NCBI GenBank assembly: GCA_031272025.1
Contig: JAISUP010000008.1
Location: 654 to 64,653 of the forward strand
Direction: 5' to 3'
Length of the DNA: 64,000 bases
From: Bacteroidales bacterium
GTDB taxonomy: Bacteria > Bacteroidota > Bacteroidia > Bacteroidales > WCHB1-69
Below the pieces are notes generated by a model. That model saw only the letters and a list, made by a program, of their open reading frames with translations. It ran no database searches and was not told where the DNA came from. This document shows positions 59,194 to 64,000 of the stretch, piece by piece (positions within the stretch are counted from its first letter, which is position 1; every line of letters starts with the position of its first letter). A program made the translations under genes and the position numbers.

Positions 59194-60636
59194 ATGTTAT
59201 CAAAATCACAATTTAATGACCGGTTACACGAAGAACTTGGTTTTGTCCCTACTGCCGAGCAAATAGAAACCATGCGTTTGCTTACCGATTTTGTATTTGA
59301 CCATAATCAAAATCAATTATTCATACTTAAAGGTTACGCGGGCACGGGGAAAACTACCACGATTAGTGCATTGGTCAGAACTTTGCGCGTTTGTAGAATA
59401 AAGTCGGTATTGTTGGCACCCACGGGACGGGCGGCAAAAGTTTTTTCCAATTACGCGCGCAAAAAGGCTTTCACTATTCATAAACATATTTATAAAGTAG
59501 AAACCGAAAATGGACAGTCGCGGTTTGCCCGAAAAGAAAACAAATTGAAACATACACTTTTTATCGTAGACGAGGTTTCTATGATTGCTCACACTTCTAC
59601 CGAAGGGACTTTTTTCGCGAGGCAACAATTGCTTTCCGATCTCATGCACTTTGTCTTTGATGGGGAATCGTGCAAATTGCTTTTTATGGGCGATGAGGCG
59701 CAGTTGCCTCCCGTGCATTTGAACTTTAGCCCAGCGTTGGATATCGAGTATCTCAAATGTCAGTTTTATTTGAATGTGGTAGGCTATCAATTGACGGAGG
59801 TAGTGAGACAAGCCTTACATTCAGGCATCTTGTTCAACGCGACGCGTTTGCGCGAAAAAATATCAAACGCGGACGCGACTTTTCCTTTTTTTTCGGGTAA
59901 GATATTTCCTGATTTCAAAAATATCGCGGGTAGCGATGTTGAAGAACTTTATCATACGCTTTACGGGAAACTCGACTGTGATGACATCGTTACCATTACC
60001 CGTAGCAACAAACGTGCCTGTCGTTTCAATATGGAAATCCGACAGCGAATCTTGTTTAGAGAAGACCGAATTGCCGCCGGAGACTATCTCATGATCGTGA
60101 AAAATAATTATTATTGGGTAGATGATCGCTCAGAAGTGGGATTTCTTGCCAACGGGGAAATGATAGAGTTGCTTTCTATACAAAAGACCGAAACCTTGTA
60201 TGGCTTTTGTTTTGCCGATGTAACTGTGCGCTTGTGTGATTATCCCGAACATCCTGACCTGAGCGTGAAGATTCTGTTAGATAGCATAGAAAGCGACACG
60301 CCCGCGCTCTCGCCCGAACAAAACCGGAAACTCTATGATGAAATTGCCTTAGACTATGCAGACATCGCCGACCCGCTATCACGTTTTCTCAAAATCAAGA
60401 ATGACCCGTATTTAAACGCGTTACAAGTGAAATTTGGCTACGCGCTTACTTGTCATAAAACTCAGGGAGGACAATGGCAAAATGTAGTTGTGGATTGCTG
60501 TTTCAGGGACGAGCCTCAGCAGGAAATAGAGACCCTTCGTTGGTTATACACGGCAATTACTCGTGCTTCACGACAAGTATATTTGCTCAATTTTCCCCGG
60601 CGTGCTTTCGAGAGTGAAGGTCTAATAGTGCTCTAA
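59194..60636 (+). CDS. SF1 RecD/Pif1-like ATP-dependent DNA helicase
   Basis: Walker [10 protein letters not shown], Walker [10 protein letters not shown], and the C-terminal [13 protein letters not shown], a UvrD_C_2-type motif. Confidence 0.75.
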   Translation: MLSKSQFNDRLHEELGFVPTAEQIETMRLLTDFVFDHNQNQLFILKGYAGTGKTTTISALVRTLRVCRIKSVLLAPTGRAAKVFSNYARKKAFTIHKHIYKVETENGQSRFARKENKLKHTLFIVDEVSMIAHTSTEGTFFARQQLLSDLMHFVFDGESCKLLFMGDEAQLPPVHLNFSPALDIEYLKCQFYLNVVGYQLTEVVRQALHSGILFNATRLREKISNADATFPFFSGKIFPDFKNIAGSDVEELYHTLYGKLDCDDIVTITRSNKRACRFNMEIRQRILFREDRIAAGDYLMIVKNNYYWVDDRSEVGFLANGEMIELLSIQKTETLYGFCFADVTVRLCDYPEHPDLSVKILLDSIESDTPALSPEQNRKLYDEIALDYADIADPLSRFLKIKNDPYLNALQVKFGYALTCHKTQGGQWQNVVVDCCFRDEPQQEIETLRWLYTAITRASRQVYLLNFPRRAFESEGLIVL

Positions 60637-62113
60637 AATATCCTATGGACTCGCCTATTCCTGAAAATGGATTTTCCATGTTTTTCTCGTGTTCGAGAGA
60701 GCAAACCCCGGCGTACCCGGTTTGTCGCAAGGCTTTTATAAAAGAACGAAAGTCAATAACACCTCGTCCTATTTCCACAGAATAACCTCTTTTGTTGCTG
60801 TCGGTTACGTCTTTGAGGTGGATATCGAAGACCCGGCTACTATATTTTAGTAAATCAGCGGCAGGGTCCTTGCCGTTTCGAGTGTCGTGTCCAATGTCTA
60901 AACACATACCTACACGAGGATCTAAATCTTTGACATGCTTCCACACGTCCTCGGCATCGGGATACTTGTCGGGCATGTCAGGTCCATGTAAATGAATGGC
61001 AAATTTCATGTCATATTCTTTTACTTTTTTATTCACGTAAGGCAAAAGAGAGTGAAGGGGAACCCCTACAATCAATTTTACCCCTACTTTTCTGGCATAT
61101 TCAAAAGCCTGATCTACTTCTTTTTCGCTATTCATATAAATAGGACCTACCCCGTAGCCGATCACGTGGGCACGGGCAAGTTTTGCTTTAAAATGGGCAA
61201 TTTGTGCCTCTGTTGCATCCAATGGAAGATGAAAATTCTTGATACAGAGATAGTGTATGTTCATTTTTTGCATCATGTCGAGCGTAGTCTCTATATCAAA
61301 ATTTACAAAAGTATAACCCGCCATGCCGAGTTTGAAAGTTTCCCTCGTCTCAGGGGGAAGTCTTTCGGCATTTAATTCTTTAATTTTTATGTTTTTAAAA
61401 AATACATTATCGCCATGATCCTGCAAAAGGATATGCCCCGATAGGGCGTTACCAAAGTTTTGGCGGTCTTTGTATTTGCTATGAGCAACGAGCGCGTTAA
61501 ATGCTTGCGTGTTTCGGGTATATTCTACGATTTTTACATCATTGAGAAAATGCTGCACTTTGTTGTCTTGCACCACGATAGTAGCGGTATTAAAGTCGTG
61601 CTCGTTAAAACGATAGTTGGGATTTGACCGGTCTGGGGGGATTAGGTCGTAAAGGGCACCAAGCGTTCTATTGCCGTTCAACCCTTGTTGGGCATCAGGG
61701 TGATTTTTGTCATCAAGAATTTGAAATTCACAGCCAATTGCCGAGCCTTCTCCTTGATTGATGTCCGTATCTACGAAATATTTGATGCCACTGTTTGCCC
61801 CGCGGGTAATCTTAAAGTCTACTTTCAGGATAAAATTTCGGTATTGTTTTAGGGTAACGATATCTCCCCCGTTAGCAGATTCTTTGCCCTCGGCGGCATT
61901 GACATTGAGTATACCATCTTTGATAGTCCATCCCTGAGGCGGGAAATCCGTTAATTTTGCTCCTCGCCAGCCCTCCGTGCTCTTCCCGTCCCACAGCAAT
62001 TGCCAACCATCGATAATTTCTTGTCGCGTGAGCGTGTTGTCCTGCGCGTGAGTGCCTGACAAAAACAGCAAACAAAGACATGCGGTTGCTGTCATTCGTG
62101 ATAAATTTTTCAT
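60587..62113 (-). CDS. exported fusion protein: DUF1080 (3-keto-disaccharide hydrolase-like lectin fold) + xylose-isomerase-like TIM barrel
   Basis: Signal peptide. The N-terminal half has [16 protein letters not shown]...GILNV...[24 protein letters not shown]. The C-terminal half has a sugar-phosphate isomerase/epimerase-like pattern (IHLHG, DIGH, IHLKD, LEHE). Confidence 0.75.
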   Translation of the reverse strand: MKNLSRMTATACLCLLFLSGTHAQDNTLTRQEIIDGWQLLWDGKSTEGWRGAKLTDFPPQGWTIKDGILNVNAAEGKESANGGDIVTLKQYRNFILKVDFKITRGANSGIKYFVDTDINQGEGSAIGCEFQILDDKNHPDAQQGLNGNRTLGALYDLIPPDRSNPNYRFNEHDFNTATIVVQDNKVQHFLNDVKIVEYTRNTQAFNALVAHSKYKDRQNFGNALSGHILLQDHGDNVFFKNIKIKELNAERLPPETRETFKLGMAGYTFVNFDIETTLDMMQKMNIHYLCIKNFHLPLDATEAQIAHFKAKLARAHVIGYGVGPIYMNSEKEVDQAFEYARKVGVKLIVGVPLHSLLPYVNKKVKEYDMKFAIHLHGPDMPDKYPDAEDVWKHVKDLDPRVGMCLDIGHDTRNGKDPAADLLKYSSRVFDIHLKDVTDSNKRGYSVEIGRGVIDFRSFIKALRQTGYAGVCSLEHEKNMENPFSGIGESIGYFRALLDLHSRKHAGEN

Positions 62114-62123
62114 GATTTAAATT

Positions 62124-63551
62124 TTAAAGTTCGTAAAATGTTTCCCAATTTTTTCGCGGGGGTTCTTGCGTGAGCATGGCATTGGCAAAAGCGTTGTTGG
62201 TAATTTGCTTGGTTCTGTTGTCGAAGTAAAGAACTTTGTTAAGTCTTTGTGCAATGACTCCCAGCGAGAAGACCTGACTGAGTGTACCATGAATTTCGAA
62301 GGGGGAACGTGTTTTTTCTTTGCCTTGACAGGCGAGTAAGAAATTGGCGAAGTGATTGGAAGGACTTGTCGGCACTTCGGGCAAGCGCGAAGCCATATCT
62401 TTGGCTTTGTCTTCGGGAATGATAGAAAGTGTGCTCCCGTGCGAGCCTCCTTTAAAAATGAGATCTTTGCTGTAAATAATTTTCCCCGGGTTGAGTGCTT
62501 GTCGGGTTATTTCGCCGGCACCGGAGGGGGGGATGTCGGCGGCTAATTCCGACTGCCCGTATCCTTGTGGCAAAGGCGGCAAATTATCTATCCCGTCATA
62601 CCAGGTTAAGTCAAGCGGGGGCATGTTCTCGCGGGCAGGAAATCGAAACAGCAAGGTAGATGCCATAGGATAGAAATAATCGTTATGTCCGGTCAGTTTC
62701 AATGGATTGATCTCGTAGGGCAATCCTAATTTCAAAAATTCGTGTACCGTATCCACGATGTGCGCCCCCCAGTCACCTAAGGCTCCCATGCCCAAGTCGT
62801 ACCACGACCGCCATTCTCCTTGATGGTATTTTTCGTTGTAGTCGCGATAGGGACGGGTAGTAAGCCATAAATCCCAGTCTAATGTAGTGGGTAAGGGCTG
62901 GCTTTCAGGCAAATGTTTTATGTTCGGGTCCCAGTTGTGCCACCGTCTGTCGTTGTTCATGTGGGCACTCACAGCGGTAACATCTTTGATAATGCCCGCC
63001 TCTAACCATGTCTTAAATTGAAAATAGTTTGCCTCAGAATGTCCCTGATTTCCAACCTGCGTAACGACATGAGGATGTTCGCGTGCGGCTTTCATCATCA
63101 GTTCGGCTTCCCAAAAGGTACGTGCCATGGGTTTTTCCACGTACACGTGTTTTCCCAAAGAAATCGCTAACATGGACACGGGAAAATGCGCGAAGTCGGG
63201 AATAGCTATGCAAACCGCCTCGATAGCATTGCCCATTTTGTCAAACATCTCGCGAAAATCTTTGAAAGTCTTCGCTTCGGGATATTTTTTGAGAATATTG
63301 AGCGTTTGCCGATTTCCTAAATCTACATCGCAAAGAGCAACAATATGGGCTAAACCCGTGCGCTCAAAGTCTTCAATGATTTGCTCGCCCCTGTTGCCAA
63401 TGCCAACACAAGCAAGATTCACCTTTTGTGATGTAACAGGGGATACCGACGGTACTCGTATCGCCTTCGCGCTCGCCGGTACGATGCCTTTGACTAATAA
63501 CCCGGCAGTGGCGGCCCCACTAATTTTTAAAAAATCTCTCCTTGAAATCAT
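62124..63551 (-). CDS. TAT-exported Gfo/Idh/MocA-family oxidoreductase
   Basis: Twin-arginine signal MISRRDFLKISGAATAGLLV, a Rossmann motif VGIGNRG, and EKP (VYVEKPMA). Confidence 0.85.
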   Translation of the reverse strand: MISRRDFLKISGAATAGLLVKGIVPASAKAIRVPSVSPVTSQKVNLACVGIGNRGEQIIEDFERTGLAHIVALCDVDLGNRQTLNILKKYPEAKTFKDFREMFDKMGNAIEAVCIAIPDFAHFPVSMLAISLGKHVYVEKPMARTFWEAELMMKAAREHPHVVTQVGNQGHSEANYFQFKTWLEAGIIKDVTAVSAHMNNDRRWHNWDPNIKHLPESQPLPTTLDWDLWLTTRPYRDYNEKYHQGEWRSWYDLGMGALGDWGAHIVDTVHEFLKLGLPYEINPLKLTGHNDYFYPMASTLLFRFPARENMPPLDLTWYDGIDNLPPLPQGYGQSELAADIPPSGAGEITRQALNPGKIIYSKDLIFKGGSHGSTLSIIPEDKAKDMASRLPEVPTSPSNHFANFLLACQGKEKTRSPFEIHGTLSQVFSLGVIAQRLNKVLYFDNRTKQITNNAFANAMLTQEPPRKNWETFYEL

Positions 63552-63600
63552 CGTTACTTAATTTTTATTTAAAAAAACAAACTCTCCTTGAAAATCAGTG

Positions 63601-63608
63601 CAAATGTA
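63601..63608 (-). promoter_or_regulatory. -7 promoter box TAcaTTTG(CA)
   Basis: 49 nt upstream of the ATG at 63551. Confidence 0.5.
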
Positions 63609-63670
63609 CAAATATTTTTTGAAAAGATTTACTCCGATTAAACAAGATAAAATGGATAAAAAAAAATCGT

Positions 63671-63678
63671 TACCTTCG
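63671..63678 (+). promoter_or_regulatory. -7 promoter box, TTCGCG variant (TAccTTCGCG)
   Basis: 26 nt upstream of the ATG at 63705. Confidence 0.45.
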
Positions 63679-63704
63679 CGGCATAATTTTATTGCCAAAA
63701 CATC

Positions 63705-64000
63705 ATGAACACGATAAGAAAAATGCCGGTAGGCATACAGGATTTTGAGGATTTACGCACGAACGGTTACGTGTATGTGGACAAAACACGGTATGTATAT
63801 CAATTGGCAACACAGGGCAAACCATACTTTCTCGGTCGTCCGCGCCGGTTTGGCAAAAGTCTGTTCTTGTCCACGCTTAAAGCCTATTTTGAAGGTAAAC
63901 GCGAACTTTTTGAAGGACTTGCCATCGCGGAATTGGAAAAAGAATGGACGAGATACCCCGTGATTTATTTGGATTTTAACAAAGAAGGCTACCGCGATTT
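63705..64000 (+). CDS. AAA-ATPase-like / PD-(D/E)XK family protein, N-terminal part; the 3-prime end lies outside the window
   Basis: My own translation gives MNTIRKMPVGIQDFEDLRTNGYVYVDKTRYVYQLATQGKPYFLGRPRRFGKSLFLSTLKAYFEGKRELFEGL... This matches the very common Bacteroidales AAA-ATPase_like N-terminus. The frame is still open at the window end, so it is absent from the ORF track. Confidence 0.6.
   Translation, partial: MNTIRKMPVGIQDFEDLRTNGYVYVDKTRYVYQLATQGKPYFLGRPRRFGKSLFLSTLKAYFEGKRELFEGLAIAELEKEWTRYPVIYLDFNKEGYRD

Overview
This 64 kb window looks like a chromosomal segment from a Bacteroidota (Bacteroidales-like) genome. The assignment rests on TAnnTTTG-type -7 promoter boxes in front of most transcription units, two type-A T9SS C-terminal sorting domains, and a PorW/SprE-like lipoprotein. 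All product calls come from motif recognition by eye, because no database search was possible.

I can support about 49 protein-coding genes, 2 tRNAs (Leu-TAA and Gly-GCC), 2-3 decayed gene fragments at the left edge, and a set of repeat elements. Most genes are housekeeping: lipB, nagB, dapA, purM, recQ, engB, prfB (with its programmed +1 frameshift), rsmE, nth, lysA, rluD and manA.

Items that stand out:
1. A single 10,047-nt ORF (38907-48953) encodes a 3,348-aa mosaic secreted protein. It has a beta-helix region, many CARDB-like modules, two paralogous Cys-bounded modules, a GEVED domain, a MAM-like domain and a T9SS CTD.
2. A 614-bp divergent intergenic region (52503-53116) is packed with nested inverted repeats. 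It holds a 320-bp MITE-like element with perfect 24-bp termini and, inside it, a 153-bp palindromic REP-like pair. Next to it, a 22-bp inverted repeat brackets a promoter box and has the architecture of an invertible promoter, beside an AT-rich methyltransferase gene.
3. Two 80-bp repeat copies (76/80 identical) sit in inverted orientation and bracket prfB plus a symporter gene.
4. A TAT-exported Gfo/Idh/MocA oxidoreductase lies next to a secreted DUF1080 + TIM-barrel fusion, a candidate periplasmic 3-keto-glycoside module.
5. A three-gene operon of exported proteins is led by a signal-peptide nitroreductase-META fusion.

I saw no CRISPR array, integrase, transposase, reverse transcriptase or recognisable defence operon.
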